Origin: a virus
Taxonomy: Duplodnaviria; Heunggongvirae; Uroviricota; Caudoviricetes
Reading direction: 5' to 3' (one strand)
Virus record (IMG/VR): IMGVR_UViG_2711768053_000019
Length of the DNA: 55,142 nt
This document shows, in pieces, positions 30,209 through 39,144 of the stretch; position 1 is the stretch's first letter; the number at the start of each line of letters is the position of its first letter. A model generated the notes under the pieces. The model had not been told where the DNA came from and did no database searches. It was given only the letters and a program-made list of their open reading frames with translations. A program made the translations under genes and the position numbers.

Positions 30209-31255
30209 ATGAGTATGGTTGATTTATATTCGCCTACACAGCTTGTGCAGGTGGCTAATGCTGAAGATGTGCAAAAAAAATTAAATGCGTTGTTTACCAG
30301 TTTGTTTTTCACTCGCTCGGTAATGTTTGAATCGAGAGACATTATTCTTGATACGATCGACGATCCAAATATCCCGATCGCGGCGTTTTGCTCTCCTATG
30401 GTGGGCAGTAAAGTTTCACGAGATGAGGGATACGAATCAAAAACAATTCGTCCAGGTTATATGAAGCCGAAAAGCAGCATTGATCCAAATAAGTTAGCTG
30501 TGCGCCCTGCTGGTGTGTCACCTGAGCAATACAATGCTTTTGGGGCGCGTAATATTAAAGTTAAACAGGCGATTGTAAATCAGGCTAAAGCTATTCGTGC
30601 ACGTATTGAATGGCTTGCTGTTCAGGCAATCACAACGGGGAAAAATATCATTGAGGGCGATGGTATTGAACGTTATGAGCTGGACTGGAATATAAAACCA
30701 CAAAATATCATCACTCAGTCTGGCGGTACTGAGTGGTCAGGTAAGGATAAAGAAACTTTTGATCCAAATGATGATATTGAGAGCTACGCAGAATTTAGTG
30801 AGGGCGTCACTAATATCATCATTATGGGTGGTAATGTATGGAAGAAATACCGTTCATTCAGAGCGATAAAAGAGGCTTTGGATACCCGTCGTGGTTCTAA
30901 TTCCGAACTGGAAACGGCCCTTAAAGACCTTGGTGATTCGGTGAGTTTTAAAGGGTATATGGGCGATGTTGCGATTGTTGTTTACAGCGGGCGTTATACC
31001 GACGAGGACGGAACAGAAAAACATTTCCTTGATCCTGATTTGATGGTGCTTGGCAATACGGCTCTTCAGGGGATTGTCGCCTATGGCGGTATTCAGGATC
31101 CGGAGCTAATCCGAATGGGGCTGACTAAAGCCGAACTTGCACCGAAAAACTATATTGTGCCTGGTGATCCGGCTATTGAATATGTGCAGACACATTCAGC
31201 ACCACAGCCAATACCGGCCCGCATCAATCGTTTTGTTACCGTTCGCATTGGCTAA
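30209..31255 (+). CDS. Major capsid protein paralogue (lambda E-like, divergent), about 349 aa
   Basis: Shares blocks with prophage E (36325-37350): ITQSGGTEWS, DTRRGSNSELETA, DVAIVVYSG; start 30209 or 30215. Confidence 0.75.
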   Translation: MSMVDLYSPTQLVQVANAEDVQKKLNALFTSLFFTRSVMFESRDIILDTIDDPNIPIAAFCSPMVGSKVSRDEGYESKTIRPGYMKPKSSIDPNKLAVRPAGVSPEQYNAFGARNIKVKQAIVNQAKAIRARIEWLAVQAITTGKNIIEGDGIERYELDWNIKPQNIITQSGGTEWSGKDKETFDPNDDIESYAEFSEGVTNIIIMGGNVWKKYRSFRAIKEALDTRRGSNSELETALKDLGDSVSFKGYMGDVAIVVYSGRYTDEDGTEKHFLDPDLMVLGNTALQGIVAYGGIQDPELIRMGLTKAELAPKNYIVPGDPAIEYVQTHSAPQPIPARINRFVTVRIG

Positions 31256-31264
31256 GGGGGAGCA

Positions 31265-31606
31265 ATGGCTACTCATTACACTGAACTCATGGCTGGCACT
31301 GAAGCACTGGTGACTACGCTGGGGATATTTTCAGCTAATAAAGGGGTAATTCCTGCATTTACGCCACTGATGCAGGAAGATGCAACAGGTGCACTGGTGG
31401 TATGGGATGGTTCGAGCGTAGGTAAAGCGGTTTATGTTTCCGCTGTACAAATCGACACAGCGAAAAAAACACAGGCACAGGTTTATAAGACAGGTGTTTT
31501 AAATGTTGATGCTCTGAACTGGCCTGAGTCTGTAAAAGAACTGTCGGCAAAGGTTGCCGCGTTTGTTGGCTCAGGTATTTCTGTTCAGCCGCTGGCTCGT
31601 GTGTAA
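31265..31606 (+). CDS. Head decoration protein paralogue (lambda D-like, divergent), 113 aa
   Basis: Same length and position as D after E; VVWDGSS..., YKTGVL pattern parallels prophage D ([10 protein letters not shown]..., YKSGTF). Confidence 0.6.
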   Translation: MATHYTELMAGTEALVTTLGIFSANKGVIPAFTPLMQEDATGALVVWDGSSVGKAVYVSAVQIDTAKKTQAQVYKTGVLNVDALNWPESVKELSAKVAAFVGSGISVQPLARV

Positions 31607-31617
31607 AGGGGGATACA

Positions 31618-32001
31618 ATGCAGAATCATTACAATGACCTTAAGCCAATTGCCGAAATGATGTATCCGGATCCAGCAGTAGAGGAATTAAAGGCTATTGC
31701 TGACAAAATGCGTTTAAGTGAACGCCTTGTTGATATGAATCAGGTGATGGAACTTACTACCCTTAGCCGTCGCACATTGCTAAACCTTGAGGCTCGCGGA
31801 GAGTTCCCCGAACGCGTACAGGTTACGGAAGGGCGTAAGGCCTGGTATTTAAGTGAAGTGATCGACTGGATAAACAATATTCCTCGATCTTCTGAATATT
31901 GCCGCGTACCTGTCCCAAAAAAGCCAGATGCGGCGCTATGCCTCAAGATTGAGCGTGTACGTCGCAATGCACGGGATGGTCGCTATAAGTTGATTGGTTG
32001 A
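31618..32001 (+). CDS. AlpA/MerR-like HTH protein adjacent to element cos (127 aa)
   Basis: LTTLSRRTLLNLEARGEFPERVQVTEGRKAWYLSEVIDWI HTH; ends 25 bp before cos-like site. Confidence 0.55.
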   Translation: MQNHYNDLKPIAEMMYPDPAVEELKAIADKMRLSERLVDMNQVMELTTLSRRTLLNLEARGEFPERVQVTEGRKAWYLSEVIDWINNIPRSSEYCRVPVPKKPDAALCLKIERVRRNARDGRYKLIG

Positions 32002-32025
32002 TGAAATTAGGGCCCGTTCTGGCTG

Positions 32026-32091
32026 GCGGGTCCTTTCCGGCGATCCGGTAGGCTACGGGGCGGCGACCTCGCGGGTTTTCGCTATTTATGA
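32026..32091 (+). other. cos: Second cos site belonging to the element (cosN GGGCGGCGACCT at 32058-32069)
   Basis: 21 bp (32026-32046) and 34 bp (32058-32091) identical to prophage cos 19262-19282 and 19294-19327; flanking sequence on both sides differs. Confidence 0.8.
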
Positions 32092-32202
32092 GCCTTTTTC
32101 GGGTGCTGGTGGTGGTTTTGTTGTTCGCTCTATCTCTATGAATAAAAAGGAAAAGATAAAGCCAATATACCAACCTGAAACATTACTTAAGTGGGGATAT
32201 TG

Positions 32203-32745
32203 ATGAAATCGCACCTGATGAACAAAAAAAACATGGCGCAAAGCTGCCGTGTAAGTGCGACAGCGTTCGACAAGTGGGGAGTGACTCCCGTTGAACGTAA
32301 AGGCCGCGAGGCGTTTTATGATGTTGCCAGCGTAATAGACAATCGGGTTAGCAATGCAATTAACCAGATTACAGACGACAAAGGCGAGATTGATGATGAT
32401 GAACTCCTACGAGTCAGGATCAGATTGCTGACAGCACAGGCAGAGGCGCAGGAGCTTAAAAACGAGCGCGAACGCGGCGACGTTATTGATACAGCGTTTT
32501 GTATATACGTGCTTTCAAAATTGGCGAGTCAGATTTCTTCAATCATGGACAGCCTGCCGCTTGCCATGACAAGGAAGTTTCCCGACATGAAGCCGTCTAT
32601 GCTGGATGGACTGAAAAAAGAAGTTATCAGAGCCTGTAACGCATGCGCAAAACTTGACGAAAACATACCGCTGATGCTGTCCGATTATCTGATGGAAACT
32701 GCCGGAAACGTACCGGATAAGTTGCAGCCGAATAAAGATAAGTAA
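32203..32745 (+). CDS. Terminase small subunit paralogue (Nu1-like, divergent), about 180 aa
   Basis: Alignable with prophage Nu1: AQAEAQELKNERERGDVIDTAFCIYVLSKLASQISSIMDSLPLAMTRKFP versus AQADAQELKNARDSAEVVETAFCTFVLSRIAGEIASILDGLPLSVQRRFP; directly downstream of element cos. Confidence 0.75.
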   Translation: MKSHLMNKKNMAQSCRVSATAFDKWGVTPVERKGREAFYDVASVIDNRVSNAINQITDDKGEIDDDELLRVRIRLLTAQAEAQELKNERERGDVIDTAFCIYVLSKLASQISSIMDSLPLAMTRKFPDMKPSMLDGLKKEVIRACNACAKLDENIPLMLSDYLMETAGNVPDKLQPNKDK

Positions 32746-32756
32746 CGTAGTACGCT

Positions 32757-33038
32757 ATGACTGAATCCGAAATACTGCGATTAATCCGCCGTGCTTGTGG
32801 AATCAGCAAGCAGCATGACGAACAGGCCACGCAGCCGGACAGCGTGACCGCAGATAATTATGTGCGTGTAGTGGCTGAGGTGATGCGCCGTGACGGTATT
32901 GAGCTTAACGGCGTGGATATGCGCAACATACGAACAAGAGTCCTTGAGTTGCTGGCATATCGTCGCCGTTCTCAACAACGGAGGGAGAGCGCGAAAAATA
33001 CTTACCAGTGGAAGAAGCCGGAACGATTGCGGCGGTAA
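32757..33038 (+). CDS. Hypothetical protein (93 aa)
   Basis: Last ORF of element before noncoding repeat region. Confidence 0.4.
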   Translation: MTESEILRLIRRACGISKQHDEQATQPDSVTADNYVRVVAEVMRRDGIELNGVDMRNIRTRVLELLAYRRRSQQRRESAKNTYQWKKPERLRR

Positions 33039-33055
33039 CTTGCTGATATTCCCGA

Positions 33056-33440
33056 TAACGCAAAATTGCGCTGGCTGACTTGTTGCATTGCAAAAAGTTA
33101 AGCAGGAAGGCACGGCCTGTAAGATGGGATGCAGTAAGTAGTTCAAGGCTACCTTGTGCTGGCACGCACAGTTAAGCCGTCGGTGCTGGATATCCCCCAC
33201 TGGGGGAAAAGCTGGCTACATCCCTCACATCTGAGGACTGATAACGCGACATTGCGCTGGCTGGCAAAGTGCAAAATTGCACGATGGCCTAACCCATTGA
33301 TTATTTCGAAAACCTGCAATGCAGGAAATCGGGGAAGTAAGCCTAAGCTATTAATTGTTTCGAAAACCCCCATTGGGGGATGTCGGGAAAGTAAGACTAA
33401 CCCATTGATTCTTCCACAATCCTCAATTTGAGGAGGCCGG
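33056..33440 (+). repeat. Noncoding cluster of direct repeats and short palindromes at element right end
   Basis: Three units at 54-bp period each with a 13-bp palindrome (CCTGCAATGCAGG 33313-33325, CCCCCATTGGGGG 33367-33379, CCTCAATTTGAGG 33421-33433); ATAACGC.A.ATTGCGCTGGCTG duplicated at 33056 and 33241. Confidence 0.5.
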
Positions 33441-33853
33441 AACGTCTACATAGCTGCATCGCCGTAATGATGATTCAGCCCACCAGCCAAATCAGCACAG
33501 CAACGACAGAATAGCCCGACACAGAAAAACCACGAATATGGGGTTTTTGTTATGACATGGTCATGATGACCACTCATACAAAACAGGTAAAGCCCACCAG
33601 CCTGATTAAAGGTTAACCGGAAAAAAGCCAGGTATCCAATCTCGATATGGGGATCCCTATATCGACATTAACGCCCACTAAAACTGTGCATATATGCATA
33701 GAAAAAGCATCCACCAGCTTTATGACGGATGCCGCTCATCTTATAAATAATCGTGTATTGCAGTGTGTATTGCGACTCCTTTAAACGATAGGTCTGAGCA
33801 TTCGTAATGTACTGTTTTTAAATTTTATTTTTTCCTGTCTTTTCATAAAGGCG

Positions 33854-34627
33854 ATGTATGCCGCCACCATTGAGAGTGAGCTGGATACGCAGTCAGCGAT
33901 GGATTTTATTCTGGGCGCGAACAGTCAGGAGCAGCGGGAAAGGCTGACCGGCTGGATTGGTGAAATTGCCGCGTATTACGCCGCAGCGCCGGTCCGGCTG
34001 GGAGGCGCAAAAGTACCGCACCTGATGCCGGGTGACTCACTGAACCTGCAGACGGCTCAGGATACGGATAACGGCTACTCCGTGTTTGAGCAGTCACTGC
34101 TGCGGTATATCGCTGCCGGGCTGGGTGTCTCGTATGAGCAGCTTTCCCGGAATTACGCCCAGATGAGCTACTCCACGGCACGGGCCAGTGCGAACGAGTC
34201 GTGGGCGTACTTTATGGGGCGGCGAAAATTCGTCGCATCCCGTCAGGCGAGCCAGATGTTTCTGTGCTGGCTGGAAGAGGCCATCGTTCGCCGCGTGGTG
34301 ACGTTACCTTCAAAAGCGCGCTTCAGTTTTCAGGAAGCCCGCAGTGCCTGGGGGAACTGCGACTGGATAGGCTCCGGTCGTATGGCCATCGATGGTCTGA
34401 AAGAAGTTCAGGAAGCGGTGATGCTGATAGAAGCCGGACTGAGTACCTACGAGAAAGAGTGCGCAAAACGCGGTGACGACTATCAGGAAATTTTTGTCCA
34501 GCAGGTCCGTGAAACGATGGAGCGCCGTGCAGCCGGTCTTAAACCGCCCGCCTGGGCGGCTGCAGCATTTGAATCCGGGCTGCGACAATCAACAGAGGAG
34601 GAGAAGAGTGACAGCAGAGCTGCGTAA
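33854..34627 (+). pseudogene. B: Portal protein B, 3' portion (257 codons), resumes exactly at ...YAATIESELD
   Basis: MYAATIESELDTQSAMDFILGANSQEQRERLTGWIGEIAAYY... continues lambda B to its C-terminus by recall; in frame with 5' portion if element excised. Confidence 0.85.
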
Positions 34628-35927
34628 TCTCCCGCATATTGCCAGCATGGCCTTTAATGAGCCGCTGATGCTTGAACCCGCCTATGCGCGGGTTTTCTTT
34701 TGTGCGCTTGCAGGCCAGCTTGGGATCAGCCGCCTGACGGATGCGGTGTCCGGCGACAGCCTGACTGCCCAGGAGGCACTCGCGACGCTGGCATTATCCG
34801 GTGATGATGACGGACCACGACAGGCCCGCAGTTATCAGGTCATGAACGGCATCGCCGTGCTGCCGGTGTCCGGCACGCTGGTCAGCCGGACGCGGGCGCT
34901 GCAGCCGTACTCGGGGATGACCGGTTACAACGGCATTATCGCCCGTCTGCAACAGGCTGCCAGCGATCCGATGGTGGACGGCATTCTGCTCGATATGGAC
35001 ACGCCCGGCGGGATGGTGGCGGGGGCATTTGACTGCGCTGACATCATCGCCCGTGTGCGTGACATAAAACCGGTATGGGCGCTTGCCAACGACATGAACT
35101 GCAGTGCAGGTCAGTTGCTTGCCAGTGCCGCCTCCCGGCGTCTGGTCACGCAGACCGCCCGGACAGGCTCCATCGGCGTCATGATGGCTCACAGTAATTA
35201 CGGTGCTGCGCTGGAGAAACAGGGTGTGGAAATCACGCTGATTTACAGCGGCAGCCATAAGGTGGATGGCAACCCCTACAGCCATCTTCCGGATGACGTC
35301 CGGGAGACACTGCAGTCCCGGATGGACGCAACCCGCCGGATGTTTGCGCAGAAGGTGTCGGCATATACCGGCCTGTCCGTGCAGGCTGTGCTGGATACCG
35401 AGGCTGCAGTGTACAGCGGTCAGGAGGCCATTGATGCCGGACTGGCTGATGAACTTGTTAACAGCACCGATGCGATCACCGTCATGCGTGATGCACTGGA
35501 TGCACGTAAATCCCGTCTCTCAGGAGGGCGAATGACCAAAGAGACTCAATCAACAACTGTTTCAGCCACTGCTTCGCAGGCTGACGTTACTGACGTGGTG
35601 CCAGCGACGGAGGGCGAGAACGCCAGCGCGGCGCAGCCGGACGTGAACGCGCAGATCACCGCAGCGGTTGCGGCAGAAAACAGCCGCATTATGGGGATCC
35701 TCAACTGTGAGGAGGCTCACGGACGCGAAGAACAGGCACGCGTGCTGGCAGAAACCCCCGGTATGACCGTGAAAACGGCCCGCCGCATTCTGGCCGCAGC
35801 ACCACAGAGTGCACAGGCGCGCAGTGACACTGCGCTGGATCGTCTGATGCAGGGGGCACCGGCACCGCTGGCTGCAGGTAACCCGGCATCTGATGCCGTT
35901 AACGATTTGCTGAACACACCAGTGTAA
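34608..35927 (+). CDS. C: Head protease/scaffold protein C, 439 aa, GTG start
   Basis: VTAELRNLPHIASMAFNEPLMLEPAYARVFF... lambda C by recall; overlaps B 3' end. Confidence 0.9.
   Translation: MTAELRNLPHIASMAFNEPLMLEPAYARVFFCALAGQLGISRLTDAVSGDSLTAQEALATLALSGDDDGPRQARSYQVMNGIAVLPVSGTLVSRTRALQPYSGMTGYNGIIARLQQAASDPMVDGILLDMDTPGGMVAGAFDCADIIARVRDIKPVWALANDMNCSAGQLLASAASRRLVTQTARTGSIGVMMAHSNYGAALEKQGVEITLIYSGSHKVDGNPYSHLPDDVRETLQSRMDATRRMFAQKVSAYTGLSVQAVLDTEAAVYSGQEAIDAGLADELVNSTDAITVMRDALDARKSRLSGGRMTKETQSTTVSATASQADVTDVVPATEGENASAAQPDVNAQITAAVAAENSRIMGILNCEEAHGREEQARVLAETPGMTVKTARRILAAAPQSAQARSDTALDRLMQGAPAPLAAGNPASDAVNDLLNTPV
35532..35927 (+). CDS. Nu3: Scaffold protein Nu3 (in-frame internal start within C)
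   Basis: Internal ATG giving MTKETQSTTVSATASQADVTDVV...; nested-gene arrangement known for lambda C/Nu3. Confidence 0.7.
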   Translation: MTKETQSTTVSATASQADVTDVVPATEGENASAAQPDVNAQITAAVAAENSRIMGILNCEEAHGREEQARVLAETPGMTVKTARRILAAAPQSAQARSDTALDRLMQGAPAPLAAGNPASDAVNDLLNTPV

Positions 35928-35936
35928 GGGATGTTT

Positions 35937-36269
35937 ATGACGAGCAAAGAAACCTTTACCCATTACCAGCCGCAGGGCAACAGTGACCCGGCTCATACCG
36001 CAACCGCGCCCGGCGGATTGAGTGCGAAAGCGCCTGCAATGACCCCGCTGATGCTGGACACCTCCAGCCGTAAGCTGGTTGCGTGGGATGGCACCACCGA
36101 CGGTGCTGCCGTTGGCATTCTTGCGGTTGCTGCTGACCAGACCAGCACCACGCTGACGTTCTACAAGTCCGGCACGTTCCGTTATGAGGATGTGCTCTGG
36201 CCGGAGGCTGCCAGCGACGAGACGAAAAAACGGACCGCGTTTGCCGGAACGGCAATCAGCATCGTTTAA
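35937..36269 (+). CDS. D: Head decoration protein D, 110 aa
   Basis: [52 protein letters not shown]... lambda D by recall. Confidence 0.9.
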
Positions 36270-36324
36270 CTTTACCCTTCATCACTAAAGGCCGCCTGTG
36301 CGGCTTTTTTTACGGGATTTTTTT

Positions 36325-37350
36325 ATGTCGATGTACACAACCGCCCAACTGCTGGCGGCAAATGAGCAGAAATTTAAGTTTGATCCGCTGTTTCTGCGTC
36401 TCTTTTTCCGTGAGAGCTATCCCTTCACCACGGAGAAAGTCTATCTCTCACAAATTCCGGGACTGGTAAACATGGCGCTGTACGTTTCGCCGATTGTTTC
36501 CGGTGAGGTTATCCGTTCCCGTGGCGGCTCCACCTCTGAATTTACGCCGGGATATGTCAAGCCGAAGCATGAAGTGAATCCGCAGATGACCCTGCGTCGC
36601 CTGCCGGATGAAGATCCGCAGAATCTGGCGGACCCGGCTTACCGCCGCCGTCGCATCATCATGCAGAACATGCGTGACGAAGAGCTGGCTATTGCTCAGG
36701 TCGAAGAGATGCAGGCAGTTTCTGCCGTGCTTAAGGGCAAATACACCATGACCGGTGAAGCCTTCGATCCGGTTGAGGTGGATATGGGCCGCAGTGAGGA
36801 GAATAACATCACGCAGTCCGGCGGCACGGAGTGGAGCAAGCGTGACAAGTCCACGTATGACCCGACCGACGATATCGAAGCCTACGCGCTGAACGCCAGC
36901 GGTGTGGTGAATATCATCGTGTTCGATCCGAAAGGCTGGGCGCTGTTCCGTTCCTTCAAAGCCGTCAAGGAGAAGCTGGATACCCGTCGTGGCTCTAATT
37001 CCGAGCTGGAGACAGCGGTGAAAGACCTGGGTAAAGCGGTGTCCTATAAGGGGATGTATGGCGATGTGGCCATCGTCGTGTATTCCGGACAGTACGTGGA
37101 AAACGGCGTCAAAAAGAACTTCCTGCCGGACAACACGATGGTGCTGGGGAACACTCAGGCACGCGGTCTGCGCACCTATGGCTGCATTCAGGATGCGGAC
37201 GCACAGCGCGAAGGCATTAACGCCTCTGCCCGTTACCCGAAAAACTGGGTGACCACCGGCGATCCGGCGCGTGAGTTCACCATGATTCAGTCAGCACCGC
37301 TGATGCTGCTGGCTGACCCTGATGAGTTCGTGTCCGTACAACTGGCGTAA
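36325..37350 (+). CDS. E: Major capsid protein E, 341 aa
   Basis: MSMYTTAQLLAANEQKFKFDPLFLRLFFRESYPFTTEKVYLSQIPGLVNMALY... lambda E by recall. Confidence 0.95.
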   Translation: MSMYTTAQLLAANEQKFKFDPLFLRLFFRESYPFTTEKVYLSQIPGLVNMALYVSPIVSGEVIRSRGGSTSEFTPGYVKPKHEVNPQMTLRRLPDEDPQNLADPAYRRRRIIMQNMRDEELAIAQVEEMQAVSAVLKGKYTMTGEAFDPVEVDMGRSEENNITQSGGTEWSKRDKSTYDPTDDIEAYALNASGVVNIIVFDPKGWALFRSFKAVKEKLDTRRGSNSELETAVKDLGKAVSYKGMYGDVAIVVYSGQYVENGVKKNFLPDNTMVLGNTQARGLRTYGCIQDADAQREGINASARYPKNWVTTGDPAREFTMIQSAPLMLLADPDEFVSVQLA

Positions 37351-37391
37351 TCATGGCCCTTCGGGGCCATTGTTTCTCTGTGGAGGAGTCC

Positions 37392-37790
37392 ATGACGAAA
37401 GATGAACTGATTGCCCGTCTCCGCTCGCTGGGTGAACAACTGAACCGTGATGTCAGCCTGACGGGGACGAAAGAAGAACTGGCGCTCCGTGTGGCAGAGC
37501 TGGAAGAGGAGCTTGATGACACGGATGAAACTGCCGGTCAGGACACCCCTCTCAGCCGGGAAAATGTGCTGACCGGACATGAAAATGAGGTGGGATCAGC
37601 GCAGCCGGATACCGTGATTCTGGATACGTCTGAACTGGTCACGGTCGTGGCACTGGTGAAGCTGCATACTGATGCACTTCACGCCACGCGGGATGAACCT
37701 GTGGCATTTGTGCTGCCGGGAACGGCGTTTCGTGTCTCTGCCGGTGTGGCAGCCGAAATGACAGAGCGCGGCCTGGCCAGAATGCAATAA
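37392..37790 (+). CDS. FI: DNA packaging protein FI, 132 aa
   Basis: MTKDELIARLRSLGEQLNRDVSLTGTKEELALRVAELEEELDD... Confidence 0.85.
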   Translation: MTKDELIARLRSLGEQLNRDVSLTGTKEELALRVAELEEELDDTDETAGQDTPLSRENVLTGHENEVGSAQPDTVILDTSELVTVVALVKLHTDALHATRDEPVAFVLPGTAFRVSAGVAAEMTERGLARMQ

Positions 37791-37801
37791 CGGGAGGCGC
37801 T

Positions 37802-38155
37802 GTGGCTGATTTCGATAACCTGTTCGATGCTGCCATTGCCCGCGCCGATGAAACGATACGCGGGTACATGGGAACGTCAGCCACCATTACATCCGGTGAG
37901 CAGTCAGGTGCGGTGATACGTGGTGTTTTTGATGACCCTGAAAATATCAGCTATGCCGGACAGGGCGTGCGCGTTGAAGGCTCCAGCCCGTCCCTGTTTG
38001 TCCGGACTGATGAGGTGCGGCAGCTGCGGCGTGGAGACACGCTGACCATCGGTGAGGAAAATTTCTGGGTAGATCGGGTTTCGCCGGATGATGGCGGAAG
38101 TTGTCATCTCTGGCTTGGACGGGGCGTACCGCCTGCCGTTAACCGTCGCCGCTGA
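37802..38155 (+). CDS. FII: Head completion protein FII, 117 aa, GTG start
   Basis: (M)ADFDNLFDAAIARADETIRGYMGTSATITSGEQSGAVIRG... Confidence 0.9.
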   Translation: MADFDNLFDAAIARADETIRGYMGTSATITSGEQSGAVIRGVFDDPENISYAGQGVRVEGSSPSLFVRTDEVRQLRRGDTLTIGEENFWVDRVSPDDGGSCHLWLGRGVPPAVNRRR

Positions 38156-38166
38156 AAGGGGGATGT

Positions 38167-38745
38167 ATGGCCATAAAAGGTCTTGAGCAGGCCGTTGAAA
38201 ACCTCAGCCGTATCAGCAAAACGGCGGTGCCTGGTGCCGCCGCAATGGCCATTAACCGCGTTGCTTCATCCGCGATATCGCAGTCGGCGTCACAGGTTGC
38301 CCGTGAGACAAAGGTACGCCGGAAACTGGTAAAGGAAAGGGCCAGGCTGAAAAGGGCCACGGTCAAAAATCCGCAGGCCAGAATCAAAGTTAACCGGGGG
38401 GATTTGCCCGTAATCAAGCTGGGTAATGCGCGGGTTGTCCTTTCGCGCCGCAGGCGTCGTAAAAAGGGGCAGCGTTCATCCCTGAAAGGTGGCGGCAGCG
38501 TGCTTGTGGTGGGTAACCGTCGTATTCCCGGCGCGTTTATTCAGCAACTGAAAAATGGCCGGTGGCATGTCATGCAGCGTGTGGCCGGGAAAAACCGTTA
38601 CCCCATTGATGTGGTGAAAATCCCGATGGCGGTGCCGCTGACCACGGCGTTTAAACAAAATATTGAGCGGATACGGCGTGAACGTCTTCCGAAAGAGCTG
38701 GGCTATGCGCTGCAGCATCAACTGAGGATGGTAATAAAGCGATGA
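38167..38745 (+). CDS. Z: Tail completion protein Z, 192 aa
   Basis: MAIKGLEQAVENLSRISKTAVPGAAAMAINRVASSAISQSASQVARETKV... Confidence 0.9.
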   Translation: MAIKGLEQAVENLSRISKTAVPGAAAMAINRVASSAISQSASQVARETKVRRKLVKERARLKRATVKNPQARIKVNRGDLPVIKLGNARVVLSRRRRRKKGQRSSLKGGGSVLVVGNRRIPGAFIQQLKNGRWHVMQRVAGKNRYPIDVVKIPMAVPLTTAFKQNIERIRRERLPKELGYALQHQLRMVIKR

Positions 38746-39137
38746 AACATACTGAACTCCGTGCAGCCGTACTGGATGCACTGGAGAAGCATGACACCGG
38801 GGCGACGTTTTTTGATGGTCGCCCCGCTGTTTTTGATGAGGCGGATTTTCCGGCAGTTGCCGTTTATCTCACCGGCGCTGAATACACGGGCGAAGAGCTG
38901 GACAGCGATACCTGGCAGGCGGAGCTGCATATCGAAGTTTTCCTGCCTGCTCAGGTGCCGGATTCAGAGCTGGATGCGTGGATGGAGTCCCGGATTTATC
39001 CGGTGATGAGCGATATCCCGGCACTGTCAGATTTGATCACCAGTATGGTGGCCAGCGGCTATGACTACCGGCGCGACGATGATGCGGGCCTGTGGAGTTC
39101 AGCCGATCTGACTTATGTCATTACCTATGAAATGTGA
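38742..39137 (+). CDS. U: Tail terminator protein U, 131 aa
   Basis: [51 protein letters not shown]... Confidence 0.9.
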   Translation: MKHTELRAAVLDALEKHDTGATFFDGRPAVFDEADFPAVAVYLTGAEYTGEELDSDTWQAELHIEVFLPAQVPDSELDAWMESRIYPVMSDIPALSDLITSMVASGYDYRRDDDAGLWSSADLTYVITYEM

Positions 39138-39144
39138 GGACGCT

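Noticed and set aside
33149-33431. Overlapping ORFs 33149-33373 (minus) and 33156-33431 (plus) in the element right-end repeat region
   Set aside because: They run through tandem repeats and palindromes, lack SD sequences and overlap each other on opposite strands; the region is treated as noncoding.
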